DNA of 64,000 nucleotides from an uncultured Ignavibacteriales bacterium (GTDB lineage: Bacteria > Bacteroidota > Ignavibacteria > T3Sed10-11), in contig CAZBUK010000002.1 in assembly GCA_964495085.1 (NCBI GenBank), positions 12,112 through 76,111 on the forward strand, in the 5' to 3' direction. The position numbers were made by a program, and so were the translations under genes. This document shows, one piece after another, positions 41,517 through 52,250 of this stretch. The notes under the pieces are model-generated. The model worked only from the letters and a program-made list of their open reading frames with translations. It ran no database searches and was not told the origin of the DNA. Within the stretch, counting starts at the first letter, position 1; each line of letters starts with the position of its first letter.

Positions 41517-41731
41517 CAGCTCAGGGTCTAAGGATGAAGTCCGTATCAACATAGAAAATCCAACGCCCGACCTATGATGGCAGGTACCCCCTCTCACCGT
41601 CAGACCGGAAAAACGACAGGTAGAGAAAAGCCTATCGAATACATTCTGGAATACGTAATATTAACGCATGGTGCCGTCACGGGCCGGAAAAGAAAAAAAT
41701 ATTAAAATCCGCCGGTTTTTAGTTCATTTTA

Positions 41732-41760
41732 TTGACAATCCCCGTAAAACTCTGTAAATT
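41732..41760 (+). promoter_or_regulatory. candidate sigma70-type promoter for purN-purH (TTGACA-N17-TAAATT)
   Basis: TTGACA at 41732-37, a 17-nt spacer, and TAAATT at 41755-60. This lies about 40 nt upstream of the purN TTG start. Confidence 0.4.
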
Positions 41761-41802
41761 TCGATTACTTTTGAAGATTAATGGAAGTTATACATCAGGC
41801 GA

Positions 41803-42429
41803 TTGGGAAAAGTTCTTAACATAGCGGTATTTGCATCCGGAAAAGGTTCCAATACCAGGGCGATTCTGGAAAATATGGAACACGGTAAGCTCAGGAGCCG
41901 GATAAAACTCATCGTCAGTAACCGGAAAGATGCCGGAATATTCGACATTGCAAAAACCAGCGGTATTCCGCATTTGGTGATCGATCCGTCGGATCATGAA
42001 TCGGAATCCGCCTACACCGATGCAATTCTCAAACTGCTCGAGGATCACAACATAGACCTCATACTCCTTGCCGGATACATGAAGAAGATTCCCTCTGCCG
42101 TTGTAGCAAGCTACCGCCACAGAATCATGAACATCCATCCTGCGCTGTTGCCGGCGTTCGGCGGGAAAGGTATGTACGGCATTCGCGTGCATCAGGCTGC
42201 GGTAGAGTACGGCGTGAAAGTTTCCGGAGCGACGGTTCATTTTGTCGACGACGAATACGATCATGGTCCTGTCATCATGCAGCGCACCGTTCCGGTTGAA
42301 GACGCGGACACCGCCGAAACTCTTGCCGCGAGAATCCTGGATGTCGAGCACCAGATTTATTCAGAAGCGGTCGGGCTCTTCGAAGCGGGCAGGATTACCG
42401 TTGAGGGAAGAAAGGTATACATCACTTAA
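41803..42429 (+). CDS. purN: phosphoribosylglycinamide formyltransferase
   Basis: Contains NIAVFASGKGSNTRAIL. 208 aa. TTG start in the track frame. Confidence 0.85.
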   Translation: MGKVLNIAVFASGKGSNTRAILENMEHGKLRSRIKLIVSNRKDAGIFDIAKTSGIPHLVIDPSDHESESAYTDAILKLLEDHNIDLILLAGYMKKIPSAVVASYRHRIMNIHPALLPAFGGKGMYGIRVHQAAVEYGVKVSGATVHFVDDEYDHGPVIMQRTVPVEDADTAETLAARILDVEHQIYSEAVGLFEAGRITVEGRKVYIT

Positions 42430-42446
42430 CGAAAGGATTCATACGG

Positions 42447-43988
42447 GTGGTAAAAATTCGTCGCGTGTTGATCAGTGTCTCGTATAAAAAAGGATTAGTC
42501 GAATTTGCGCATGCATTGCACCAGAGAGGTATAGAGATAATCTCGACGGGAGGTACCGCAAAAACCCTGAAAGACGGCGGAATTCCAGTAAAATTGGTCT
42601 CCGAAATCACCGGTTTCCCGGAAATACTGGACGGTCGCGTCAAAACCCTGCATCCGGCTATTCACGGTGCGTTGCTCGCGCGGTCATCGGTACCTACGGA
42701 TCTCCAAACCCTCGAGGAGCAGAATATAATCCCGATCGAAATGGTCGTGGTCAATCTTTATCCGTTCGAAGAGACCGTCGGCAACGGGAACATCCCGATC
42801 GGCTCAGCGATGGAACAGATCGATATCGGCGGTCCGACAATGATTCGTGCGGCTGCAAAAAATTATAAGGACCGCGCGGTCGTCGTCGACCCCGACAGAT
42901 ATTCGGCGATTCTGCAGGAGCTCAATGAAAACGACGGCGGGCTGACAGAGGAAACGAGGCTGATGCTTGCGCAGGAAGCATTCCAGTATACGGCCCGATA
43001 CGATTCAATTATCGCTCGCTATTTCGAAACGCTGAATGCCGGTCCCTCCGTTCTATCGAAAGTAATTTCGCTCTCCTTCAATAAGGAGCTTGACCTGCGC
43101 TACGGAGAAAACCCGCATCAGCGGGCAGCGCTCTACGGTAAATTCTTCAGATGTTTCGAATCGCTGCATGGGAAGCAACTGTCGTTCAACAATATTCTCG
43201 ACATAAGCGCGGGAACTCAGCTCGTTCATGAATTCGATAAACCGACCGTCGCGATTATCAAACACAACAATCCGTGCGGCGTAGCAAGCAGCGATGATAT
43301 CTGCGTCGCATATGAGCGAGCACGCGACTGCGATCGTACCTCGGCTTTCGGCGGCATCGTGGCGATAAACAGACCGCTCGACCTTGCGACCGCAAAAAAG
43401 ATAAACGAAATATTTACCGAAGTCGTCGTCGCTACGTCGTTCGGCGACGAGGTGCTCGAGTTTCTGAAGCAGAAAAAGGACCGACGCGTAATCCGGCAGC
43501 TTGTCGATCTCAGATCCATCAGCCAGATGGATATCAGGAGCGTGTACGGCGGGCTCATCGTTCAGGACCGGGATGCCGAGCGCCTCACTAAAGAGAAATT
43601 CAACGTTGTTACGGAACGGAAACCCGGTCCGGATGAGATCGACGACCTGCTCTTCGCATGGCGTGTGGCAAAATTCGTAAAGTCGAACACCATCGTCTTC
43701 GCGCGGGGCGAACGGACGCTGGGAATCGGCGCCGGACAGATGTCGCGCGTCGATGCATCCCGGATAGCAGCCGCCAAAGCCCTCGATGCGGGTCTTGATC
43801 TTCAGGGTTCGGTCGCCGCCTCCGATGGATTTTTCCCGTTCGCCGACGGACTGCTCGAGCTGGCCAAGGCCGGAGCTGCGGCGGTCATTCAACCCGGCGG
43901 ATCGGTAAGAGACCAGGAAGTTATTGATGCGGCGAATCGGCAGAATCTCGCAATGGTCATGACCGGTCTCCGGCATTTCAGGCATTGA
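42447..43988 (+). CDS. purH: bifunctional AICAR transformylase/IMP cyclohydrolase
   Basis: Contains MVKIRRVLISVSYKKGLVEFA…. 513 aa. Confidence 0.95.
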   Translation: MVKIRRVLISVSYKKGLVEFAHALHQRGIEIISTGGTAKTLKDGGIPVKLVSEITGFPEILDGRVKTLHPAIHGALLARSSVPTDLQTLEEQNIIPIEMVVVNLYPFEETVGNGNIPIGSAMEQIDIGGPTMIRAAAKNYKDRAVVVDPDRYSAILQELNENDGGLTEETRLMLAQEAFQYTARYDSIIARYFETLNAGPSVLSKVISLSFNKELDLRYGENPHQRAALYGKFFRCFESLHGKQLSFNNILDISAGTQLVHEFDKPTVAIIKHNNPCGVASSDDICVAYERARDCDRTSAFGGIVAINRPLDLATAKKINEIFTEVVVATSFGDEVLEFLKQKKDRRVIRQLVDLRSISQMDIRSVYGGLIVQDRDAERLTKEKFNVVTERKPGPDEIDDLLFAWRVAKFVKSNTIVFARGERTLGIGAGQMSRVDASRIAAAKALDAGLDLQGSVAASDGFFPFADGLLELAKAGAAAVIQPGGSVRDQEVIDAANRQNLAMVMTGLRHFRH

Positions 43989-44116
43989 GGTAGCAGCGTG
44001 ACGTCGACTGCGGCCGGATAATTTTCACCGGCCATACGGAACCGCGATATGTTCGATAGGCATGCCGGAACGAAGCGGTTATGCCGAATTTTCAAGTTCA
44101 ATAAAAGGATCTCCAT

Positions 44117-45142
44117 ATGGGTTTATTCTCGATGTTCTCCGCCGATCTTGCGATCGATCTCGGAACCGCCAATACATTGATCTATATACGCGGCAAAGGG
44201 GTCGTGCTGAACGAGCCTTCGATCGTCGCCTTCGACCGCAATTCCAAAAAGATCGTATCGATAGGAAGTGAAGCGCGCGATATGATGGGCAAAACCCATA
44301 ATGAGATTCGGACGATCCGTCCGCTCAAAGACGGCGTGATCGCGGATTTTGAGATCGCCGAAGGCATGCTTCGCGCGTTCATTAAAAAGATCAATGCGAG
44401 CTGGTTTCCGAGCAGGCGCATCGTCATCTGCGTTCCCAGCGGCATAACCGAGGTCGAAAAACGCGCAGTTCGCGACTCGGCGGAACATGCCGGTGCGCGG
44501 GAGGTGCACCTGATTGCCGAACCGATGGCAGCCGCCATCGGCGTGGGCCTCGACGTTGAAGCGCCGGTCGGGAATATGATCATCGATATCGGCGGAGGAA
44601 CCACCGAGATCGCGGTAATCGCGCTCTCCGGTATCGTCAACGAGGAGTCGATCCGGATCGCGGGAGACGAAATGAACGGCGCCATCATCCAATACCTGAA
44701 AAAGAATCACAATATACTTATCGGCGAGCGAACCGCGGAGGAAGCGAAGATGAAACTCGGATCGGCCATGCCACTGAAGGAGGAGATCACCCTCCCCCTG
44801 AAGGGGCGTGACCTGGTCAACGGTATCCCGAAAACAACCGAGATCAGTTCGGTCGAGATCCGGGAAGCGCTCTCGGAAGCGGTCGCCACGATCGTCAACG
44901 CGGTGAAGCTCACCCTCGAACGAACCCCTCCCGAACTCTCCGGCGATATCCTCGACCGGGGCATTATGCTTACGGGCGGCGGCGCTCTGTTGAAAGGACT
45001 CGATGAAAGAATCCGCCTCGAATCGAGCATCCCGGTGCACGTCGTCGAGGATCCGCTCATCGCGGTGGTTATGGGAACGGGAAAGGTGCTCGAAGATCTC
45101 CCGAGATATTCGAAAGTTCTGATTAAGGGAAAAAACTACTGA
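44117..45142 (+). CDS. mreB: rod shape-determining protein MreB
   Basis: Actin-fold motifs LAIDLGTANTLIY… and DIGGGTTEIA. Confidence 0.95.
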   Translation: MGLFSMFSADLAIDLGTANTLIYIRGKGVVLNEPSIVAFDRNSKKIVSIGSEARDMMGKTHNEIRTIRPLKDGVIADFEIAEGMLRAFIKKINASWFPSRRIVICVPSGITEVEKRAVRDSAEHAGAREVHLIAEPMAAAIGVGLDVEAPVGNMIIDIGGGTTEIAVIALSGIVNEESIRIAGDEMNGAIIQYLKKNHNILIGERTAEEAKMKLGSAMPLKEEITLPLKGRDLVNGIPKTTEISSVEIREALSEAVATIVNAVKLTLERTPPELSGDILDRGIMLTGGGALLKGLDERIRLESSIPVHVVEDPLIAVVMGTGKVLEDLPRYSKVLIKGKNY

Positions 45143-45259
45143 TTCCCCCTCCGGAATCGTCCAGCCGTTCTAAACACCAAATCGGGCTGATCCGGCATCG
45201 CGGCTCTCTTCCAGACTCCCGGTTGAGTACGGAACACAATTTTTGAATAATACAGTTCT

Positions 45260-46090
45260 ATGCGACGGATATTATATATATTGCAATTATACCGCGAGTA
45301 TATCCTGCTCGCGTTCCTCCTGATAGTATCGCTTTCCCTTTTTCCCCTGAACAATAACCCGCAGATCAAACAACTTCGCGCATATGCGATCGGAGGCATC
45401 GGCATGCTGAACCAACCTGTCTCCTACGTGACGCATACCATCGCACTTCGTGCCGAAAACGAACGTCTGCGGAGAGCAAATATCGAGCTCGCCGATGAAG
45501 TCTACCAATTGCGCGAAGCGCGACTCGAAAATATCCGGCTGAGACGCCTGCTTCGGTTCAGTGAACGATCGACGTACGATCTCGTCCCGGCGAAGGTTGT
45601 CGGACGTTCGGCGGACCCGGTCCGGAATACAATTACGATCGATATCGGCGAGGGACGCGGTGTACGCGAACAGATGCCGATCGTCACCGATGCCGGCCTC
45701 GTCGGCAGGATCATCCTCGTCGGCGAGAACTACTCGGTGGGCCAGATCATGCTGAACCGCGACTTCAGAACAAGCGCCAGGGTCGAACGGTCGCGCGTCG
45801 ACGGCATCGTCAGTTGGGACGGCCACCATGCGATGCAACTGCAGAACGTAGCGAAAACGCTCGACGTCGTCGAGGGGGATGTGGTCCTCACTTCGGAGTA
45901 CAGCAATGTGTTTCCGCCGGGGATTTTTATCGGCATCGTCAACTCGGTGGCAAACGTACCGGGCAACCTCACGAAGGTCATTCAGGTCAGCCCGGGAGTC
46001 GATTTTCACAGACTTGAAGAGGTGTTCGTTATCCGGCATACAGCCGATGAGGATAAGCTCAGCCTCGAGAACCGGACAAGGAGCAGATAG
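45260..46090 (+). CDS. mreC: rod shape-determining protein MreC
   Basis: N-terminal TM helix, coiled coil and beta domains. Positioned after mreB. Confidence 0.85.
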   Translation: MRRILYILQLYREYILLAFLLIVSLSLFPLNNNPQIKQLRAYAIGGIGMLNQPVSYVTHTIALRAENERLRRANIELADEVYQLREARLENIRLRRLLRFSERSTYDLVPAKVVGRSADPVRNTITIDIGEGRGVREQMPIVTDAGLVGRIILVGENYSVGQIMLNRDFRTSARVERSRVDGIVSWDGHHAMQLQNVAKTLDVVEGDVVLTSEYSNVFPPGIFIGIVNSVANVPGNLTKVIQVSPGVDFHRLEEVFVIRHTADEDKLSLENRTRSR

Positions 46091-46099
46091 TCCCCGCAT

Positions 46100-46600
46100 A
46101 TGGCAAGATATCTCCGGTATACCTTCATCACGATCCTTCTTGTGGTTCTCCAGGTTACGATAGTTCCGTTCATCGCTATCGAGGGTGTCAGGCCGGATTT
46201 GTTGCTCATCTATGTCGTGATCATCTCGCTGCGCGAAGGTCAGATTCCGGGTACGATCGCGGGATTTGCCGTCGGCCTGATCAGCGATCTTGCGGTCGGC
46301 GAGTTCATCGGACTTGGAGCATTGACGAAAACCGGCGCCGGATTTATCGCCGGATACTTTTACAATGAGATGTCGCCGCTTCAGTCTCTCGGAAATTATA
46401 AATTCCTGTTCATCGTTGCGTTGGCGGGTGTGCTGCACAACTTCGTATACCACATGTTGTTTCTCCAGGGATTACCGCTGACTTTCGCCGAAATAACGGG
46501 AAAGTACGTGTTGGGAACCACCGTCTACACGCTTGCTGTGGCGCTTATCCCTCTGTTCCAGTACAGCTCTGCATACCGCAGCGGCAGAGTGAAAGGATGA
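46100..46600 (+). CDS. mreD: rod shape-determining protein MreD
   Basis: 166-aa polytopic membrane protein between mreC and mrdA. Confidence 0.75.
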   Translation: MARYLRYTFITILLVVLQVTIVPFIAIEGVRPDLLLIYVVIISLREGQIPGTIAGFAVGLISDLAVGEFIGLGALTKTGAGFIAGYFYNEMSPLQSLGNYKFLFIVALAGVLHNFVYHMLFLQGLPLTFAEITGKYVLGTTVYTLAVALIPLFQYSSAYRSGRVKG

Positions 46601-46606
46601 TGTATT

Positions 46607-48445
46607 ATGAGAAGTATGGATTTCGGGTCGCCGACCCGGAGACGGGTCTTTTACTCCGTCATTCTTCTTGCCCTGTTCGTCATGATCGGAAGATTGTATC
46701 AGCTTCAATTGTTCTATCAGGACGAGTACGGTAAGAAATCCCAGGAAAACAGCATTCGCACCGTTCTCCGCGAGCCGGTTCGCGGGATGATGTTCGACCG
46801 GCGGGGAAGACTCATCGTCGATAACCGTCCCTCCTATACCGTCACCGTCACCCCGTATGAATTCCGTCAGGAGAATATCCCGGCGCTCTCCGAGCTCCTC
46901 GTACTCGACGAAGAAATCCTGCGGAGGAGACTCCAGCGTGCCACGCAATGGTCCCTCTTCGTTCCGAGTAAGATTCACCGCGATGCTGAATTCCCTGTGA
47001 TCGTCGCGCTCGAGGAGCAACGCGAACGTTTTCCCGGCGTCGGGTACGTCGTCGAGGCAAAACGACACTACAATTCGGGCGCCCGGCTCTCGCACGTGCT
47101 CGGCTATACACGGGAAATATCCGAACGGCAGCTTGCACAAAACCCCGGGGTCTACCGCCCGGGCGACGTCATCGGCTCCGCGGGCATTGAAGCGGCATTT
47201 GAGAAGACCCTTCGGGGCGAGTACGGATACGAGTATGCGATGGTAAATTCACGCGGCCAGTTCGTAGCCGACTACAGCGAGGGTAAGAGAAACACATCAC
47301 CGCGTGAGGGATCCGATCTCTTCCTCACAATCGATGCAGAGCTGCAGAGATATGCCGAGTCGCTGATCGGCGATCGTACCGGCTCGGTCGTTGCGATCGA
47401 TCCCCGCAACGGCGAGATACTCGTGATGCTGAGCAAGCCCGACTACGACCTCGCGGACCTAAGCGGCGTCACTCCTCCCGAACTCTGGTCCTCGCTGAAT
47501 TCGGACACCCTGCGGCCGCTCTTTAACCGCGCAACCTCCTCGATCTATCCTCCGGGCTCGACCTATAAAATGGTGCTCGCCGCGGCGGCGCTTGAGAATG
47601 GAGTCATTTCCGAACGCTGGACGGCGAGCTGTCCGGGTTTTTACAGATTCGGTAACCGGGTCTTCCGATGCCATCGGCCCGAAGGGCATGGAGCCGTAAA
47701 CGTGGTCGAAGCAATCAAGGTGTCCTGTAATGTGTTTTTCTATCAATTGATGCTCGAAGTCGGGTTCGAACAGTGGACGAGCTTCGGACGGAAATTCGGT
47801 TTCGGAAGACGAACTGGAATCGAAGGAATCGAAGAAACTCCGGGCATCATGCCGGACGAGAATTATTATAACCGAATCTACGGCCCACGGGGCTGGACGC
47901 GGGGAAATCTCATCAGCCTTGCCATCGGCCAGGGAGAGATAAGCGTCACGCCGCTGCAGATGGCCGTGTATGCCATGATGCTGGCAAACAAAGGCACGCA
48001 TCATCATCCGTATCTCGTCAGCCATATCTACGACGCGAATACCCGGGAAATCATCGAGCTGCCGAGAACTTCCGAGCGAACCGAGCTCAGCGAGCGGACA
48101 TGGGACTTGCTCCGGGAAGGCATGCATAAGGTCGTGGATGAGGATGGAGGTACCGCGCGGGCAGCGCGTATTCCCGGCATCCCTTCCGCCGGTAAGACGG
48201 GAACGTCGCAAAACCCTCACGGCGTTGAGGGACACGCGTGGTATGTCGGATTTGCACCGTACGACGATCCGCAAATCGCGATTGCAGTTATCATCGAGAA
48301 TGTCGGTTACGGGGGCGCCCATGCCGCGCCCGTAGCCGGGAGGATCGTCGCGAAATATCTCTCGGGAGATGCGCTCGCGCAACAGATTCCACGCACCGTG
48401 AGCCCGCTCGAAAACGTCAGGGATTTCGTGAGGGATTCGGATTAA
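46607..48445 (+). CDS. mrdA: penicillin-binding protein 2 (elongasome transpeptidase)
   Basis: STYK (SxxK), SCN and KTG motifs. N-terminal TM anchor. Confidence 0.9.
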   Translation: MRSMDFGSPTRRRVFYSVILLALFVMIGRLYQLQLFYQDEYGKKSQENSIRTVLREPVRGMMFDRRGRLIVDNRPSYTVTVTPYEFRQENIPALSELLVLDEEILRRRLQRATQWSLFVPSKIHRDAEFPVIVALEEQRERFPGVGYVVEAKRHYNSGARLSHVLGYTREISERQLAQNPGVYRPGDVIGSAGIEAAFEKTLRGEYGYEYAMVNSRGQFVADYSEGKRNTSPREGSDLFLTIDAELQRYAESLIGDRTGSVVAIDPRNGEILVMLSKPDYDLADLSGVTPPELWSSLNSDTLRPLFNRATSSIYPPGSTYKMVLAAAALENGVISERWTASCPGFYRFGNRVFRCHRPEGHGAVNVVEAIKVSCNVFFYQLMLEVGFEQWTSFGRKFGFGRRTGIEGIEETPGIMPDENYYNRIYGPRGWTRGNLISLAIGQGEISVTPLQMAVYAMMLANKGTHHHPYLVSHIYDANTREIIELPRTSERTELSERTWDLLREGMHKVVDEDGGTARAARIPGIPSAGKTGTSQNPHGVEGHAWYVGFAPYDDPQIAIAVIIENVGYGGAHAAPVAGRIVAKYLSGDALAQQIPRTVSPLENVRDFVRDSD

Positions 48446-48448
48446 CGT

Positions 48449-49687
48449 ATGATCGAAACGGGAAAGACAGTAAGACTGACTAAAGGCAGGGTGGATTACT
48501 CGCTCTACCTTGCGACACTCGGGTTGACCGCCATCGGACTCGTCTCAATATACAGTGCTACCTTCGATGCGGGCGCTTCGCTCTTTTTTCAACGACAATT
48601 GATGTGGGCAATCCTGGGTACGGTCGGCATGTTCGCGATGCTGCTCTTCCCGCCGCGCGCTATCGAATCCCTTTCCGTCATTGCTCATCTCTTCGTGCTC
48701 GGTGTTCTCTTCCTGGTGCCGTTCATGGGTAAGACCGTCGCCGGCACTACCGCCTGGGTCGAACTCGGTCCGCTCAGCTTTCAGCCGAGCGAGGTCGGAA
48801 AGATAACGACCATACTCGTACTCTCGCTGTATCTCTCGAAACGATCGGCGCAGATACGGTCTTTAAAGACGCTGTTTATCGCGGGACTCATCGTCGCGGT
48901 TCCGACGTTCCTGGTTCTGATGCAGGCGGACATCGGTACGTCGCTCATCTACTTCCTGATGTTCATCCCCGTCATCTATTGGGCGGGGGCATCTCCGTTC
49001 GTCGTCATCGTTCTCATCGCTCCGTTCGTTGTCGCGCTCGCCGCCCTCATCGGCCCGACGATCCTGCTCATCACGCTGGGGCTGTTGCTGGTCGCGCTGC
49101 TGCTGACGCGCGAAAACGGACTCTTAATCGCAGCTATGTTCGGACTTAATTCGGCGATCGCGGTCTCCGTGCAATTCTTCTACGAGCGGCTCGCGCTCCA
49201 TCAGCAGAACCGCATCGCGACGTTCATCGATCCGGGCAGCGACCCGCTCGGCGTCGGGTACAACGTCATTCAATCGAAGGTCGCCATCGGTTCGGGCGGA
49301 CTGTTTGGAAAGGGATTTCTAAACGGCACGCAGACGCAGCTCAATTTCATCCCTGCACAATGGACCGATTTTATCTTCTGCGTTCCCGGTGAGGAGTTCG
49401 GATTCCTCGGCGCATCGTTGGTGCTCATACTCTTGACCGTCATCCTGCTGCGCGGCGTCAGGATCGCATCCCGGGTGAAGAACAAGTTTGCCAGTCTGAT
49501 CGCCATCGGTTTCGTCGGCATACTCGGATTCCATATGGTAATCAATGTGGGTATGACCATCGGACTGACTCCGGTGATCGGCATTCCGCTGCCGTTCCTC
49601 AGCTACGGGGGAACGGCGTTGTTTTCAAATATGATCATGATCGGTATTCTTAATTCACTCTATTTGCGCAGACGAGAATACATATAG
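48449..49687 (+). CDS. rodA: peptidoglycan glycosyltransferase RodA (SEDS family)
   Basis: FtsW/RodA/SpoVE-type polytopic protein, immediately after mrdA. Confidence 0.9.
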   Translation: MIETGKTVRLTKGRVDYSLYLATLGLTAIGLVSIYSATFDAGASLFFQRQLMWAILGTVGMFAMLLFPPRAIESLSVIAHLFVLGVLFLVPFMGKTVAGTTAWVELGPLSFQPSEVGKITTILVLSLYLSKRSAQIRSLKTLFIAGLIVAVPTFLVLMQADIGTSLIYFLMFIPVIYWAGASPFVVIVLIAPFVVALAALIGPTILLITLGLLLVALLLTRENGLLIAAMFGLNSAIAVSVQFFYERLALHQQNRIATFIDPGSDPLGVGYNVIQSKVAIGSGGLFGKGFLNGTQTQLNFIPAQWTDFIFCVPGEEFGFLGASLVLILLTVILLRGVRIASRVKNKFASLIAIGFVGILGFHMVINVGMTIGLTPVIGIPLPFLSYGGTALFSNMIMIGILNSLYLRRREYI

Positions 49688-49700
49688 GATACTACTCTCA

Positions 49701-52181
49701 ATGAAGAAATCCTCCCGAACTTCCAACGCTCGCCGAAAAAAAACCTCTCTCCGCGACTCTCTCCGGGTACCGGTACCCGATCTCCGGTGGCGATGGAATT
49801 CCGACGGCGTCAGGATTAAACCCCTCACCGAGGTACAGGCATCGTCCGACATCATCGGACAGGAGAGGGCGCTGAAATCGATACGTATCGGCCTCGAAAT
49901 GAAGCATTTCGGATACAACATCTTCGTGGCCGGCCTCTCCGGAACGGGAAGGACCACGACGATCAAGCGGATGCTCCGTGAATTCGACCAGAACCATCAG
50001 CATCTCGAGGATCTCTGTTACGTCTATAATTTCCACGACGCCGACCGCCCTCTGATGATCCGCCTCCCTGCAGGGCAGGGCCGCAAGTTTGAGAAGGATA
50101 TGGATTCGTTCATCCGGGACTTGAGGAAATCGATACCCGCACTGCTCGAAGGAAAGCGTTTCCAGGAACAGCGGAAGAACACGATCGAACTGTTTCAGAA
50201 CAGACAGCGGTCGATACTGCGCGATTTCGAAAAAAAAGTAAAGGAGAAGGGATTCGATCTCGTTCAGGTGCAGATCGGCTCGATGGTACGTCCGGAAATT
50301 GCTCCCGTGATAGACGGAAAGCCCGTTGCGCTGGATCAGCTGGAGAACCTGGTGAAGGAGGGCAAACTCGACGACGGGAGCAGACAAAACCTGGTCGATA
50401 ATTACTCGAATCTCAGCGGACAGATGGAAACCGTATTCCGCGAGATGAAGAACATCGAGCGAAAAGCCCGTGAAGCCCTCGAGAAACTCGATGAGCAAAC
50501 CATCCATCCCGTTGTGAGGGAATATCTGGCGGAGATCGGAGCCACATACGACAACCAAAAACTCAGCCGGTATCTGGACGATGTATGCCAGGACGTCGTT
50601 AAAAATCTCGACCGGTTCAGAAAAGAGGAACAGCCGCAGCAAATGCCGCTCATACCTCAACAACAGGGCGAGGATGTCTTCCTCGAATATAAGGTAAACG
50701 TCGTCGTCGACAATGCCGATACGAAACGCATCCCGATCGTTATCGAAACCAATCCGAAGTACCGGAACTTGTTCGGCACGATCGAACGGCAGGTCGATGC
50801 GCGCGGATTATGGCGTTCCGATTTCACCAATATCAAATCGGGATCGCTGCTCCGGGCGAACGGAGGATACCTCGTCCTCAATGCACTCGACACCCTGATC
50901 GAGCCGGGCGTGTGGCAGGATCTGAAGCGGACCCTCCGCACGGGCCTCGTAGATATCCAGTCCTATGAGCAGTGGTTTTTCTCGACATCGGGAATGAAAC
51001 CCGAGCCGATCGAGGTCGATATCAAGGTTATTATGATCGGCGATGCCTTCCTCTACTATTTTTTGTACGAGCGTGACGACGACTTTAAAAAGATTTTCAA
51101 GATCCGTGCCGATTTCGATGTCGAGATGGAGGGGAGTCCCGAACATATCGACAACTACAGCGCGTTCATTAAAATGATCTCCGAGGATGAGAAACTCAAT
51201 CCTTTCGATACTGGCGCGATCGGCGAGATCGTCGAATACGGAATGCGCCTGTCGGGTCAAAAACACAAGCTCTCGACGCGTTTTAACATCATCGCCGATA
51301 TCGTACGGGAGGCGAACTACTGGGCGGTAAAATCGGGAGGCGAAAAAGTTCTTTCCGAACATGTCGATCGCGCTATCGAAGAAAAGTCGGACCGGGTTCG
51401 CCTCATCGAATCGAAAATTCAGGAGATGATCGAGAACGGGACGATCATGATCGATACCGAAGGATCGGTGATCGGCCAGGTGAACGGACTCGCGGTATAC
51501 GACATGGGCGAACATGTCTTCGGAAAACCGACCCGCATAACCGCGAAAACATCCATCGGAAAAGGATCCATTCTGAACATCGAGCGGGAAGCGGATCTGA
51601 GCGGGAGAGTTCACCGCAAAGGGGTCGCCATTCTGACGGGTTACATTCACTGGATGTTCTCGCAGCAGACGCCGCTCGCATGCAACGCGAGCATCTGTTT
51701 CGAACAATCGTATTCGGGAGTCGACGGAGACAGCGCATCCTCGACGGAAATTTACGCGATACTCTCGAGTCTCGGCGGCATACCGATCAACCAGGGCATT
51801 GCGGTTACCGGCTCCGTAAACCAAACCGGGCAGATTCAACCGATCGGCGGCGTCAACGTAAAGATCGAAGGATTCTTCGACGCGTGTAAGATGCGCGGAC
51901 TCACCGGAGAGCAGGGTGTTATCATTCCGAAACAAAACGTCAAGGATCTGATGCTGCGGAAGGACGTCATCGAAGCGGTCGCAAAGAAAAAATTCCACAT
52001 CTATGCAATTTCATCGGTCGATGAGGGAATCGAAATTCTGACGGGCGTGCGTGCGGGAAAGCGGTTGAAGAGCGGAAAGTTTGAGCAGGGAACCGTCTTT
52101 GCCGCGGTGGAAAGGAAACTGCAGCATTACAGCAACAGTCTGCGTGCCGCAGGCAGAGGCCGTAAGAAACCGGCATTCTGA
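49701..52181 (+). CDS. LonC-like Lon-family protease (AAA-like domain with degenerate Walker A + Lon S16 proteolytic domain)
   Basis: 826 aa. Walker A reads GLSGTGRTT (R in place of the conserved K). C-terminal Lon protease domain with DGDSASSTEI…. It starts 13 nt after the rodA stop. Confidence 0.75.
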   Translation: MKKSSRTSNARRKKTSLRDSLRVPVPDLRWRWNSDGVRIKPLTEVQASSDIIGQERALKSIRIGLEMKHFGYNIFVAGLSGTGRTTTIKRMLREFDQNHQHLEDLCYVYNFHDADRPLMIRLPAGQGRKFEKDMDSFIRDLRKSIPALLEGKRFQEQRKNTIELFQNRQRSILRDFEKKVKEKGFDLVQVQIGSMVRPEIAPVIDGKPVALDQLENLVKEGKLDDGSRQNLVDNYSNLSGQMETVFREMKNIERKAREALEKLDEQTIHPVVREYLAEIGATYDNQKLSRYLDDVCQDVVKNLDRFRKEEQPQQMPLIPQQQGEDVFLEYKVNVVVDNADTKRIPIVIETNPKYRNLFGTIERQVDARGLWRSDFTNIKSGSLLRANGGYLVLNALDTLIEPGVWQDLKRTLRTGLVDIQSYEQWFFSTSGMKPEPIEVDIKVIMIGDAFLYYFLYERDDDFKKIFKIRADFDVEMEGSPEHIDNYSAFIKMISEDEKLNPFDTGAIGEIVEYGMRLSGQKHKLSTRFNIIADIVREANYWAVKSGGEKVLSEHVDRAIEEKSDRVRLIESKIQEMIENGTIMIDTEGSVIGQVNGLAVYDMGEHVFGKPTRITAKTSIGKGSILNIEREADLSGRVHRKGVAILTGYIHWMFSQQTPLACNASICFEQSYSGVDGDSASSTEIYAILSSLGGIPINQGIAVTGSVNQTGQIQPIGGVNVKIEGFFDACKMRGLTGEQGVIIPKQNVKDLMLRKDVIEAVAKKKFHIYAISSVDEGIEILTGVRAGKRLKSGKFEQGTVFAAVERKLQHYSNSLRAAGRGRKKPAF

Positions 52182-52250
52182 GATACTTCGTTCGTCTGAA
52201 AAGGTCCGGTATTTTCGGAAACTCCGGAGAGCTTCCCCCGCAAAACGACT

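Noticed and set aside
41317-41802. ZTP (pfl) or purine riboswitch upstream of purN-purH
   Set aside because: I could not recognise the conserved pfl pseudoknot or P3 sequences, or the purine-riboswitch junction, by eye. I kept it only as a generic structured-leader candidate that needs a cmscan.
49701-52181. BrxL (BREX defence Lon-like protease)
   Set aside because: No brxA, brxB, brxC, pglX or pglZ-type genes are in the neighbourhood. The gene is embedded in the mre/mrd housekeeping operon. The domain organisation fits LonC-type housekeeping proteases.
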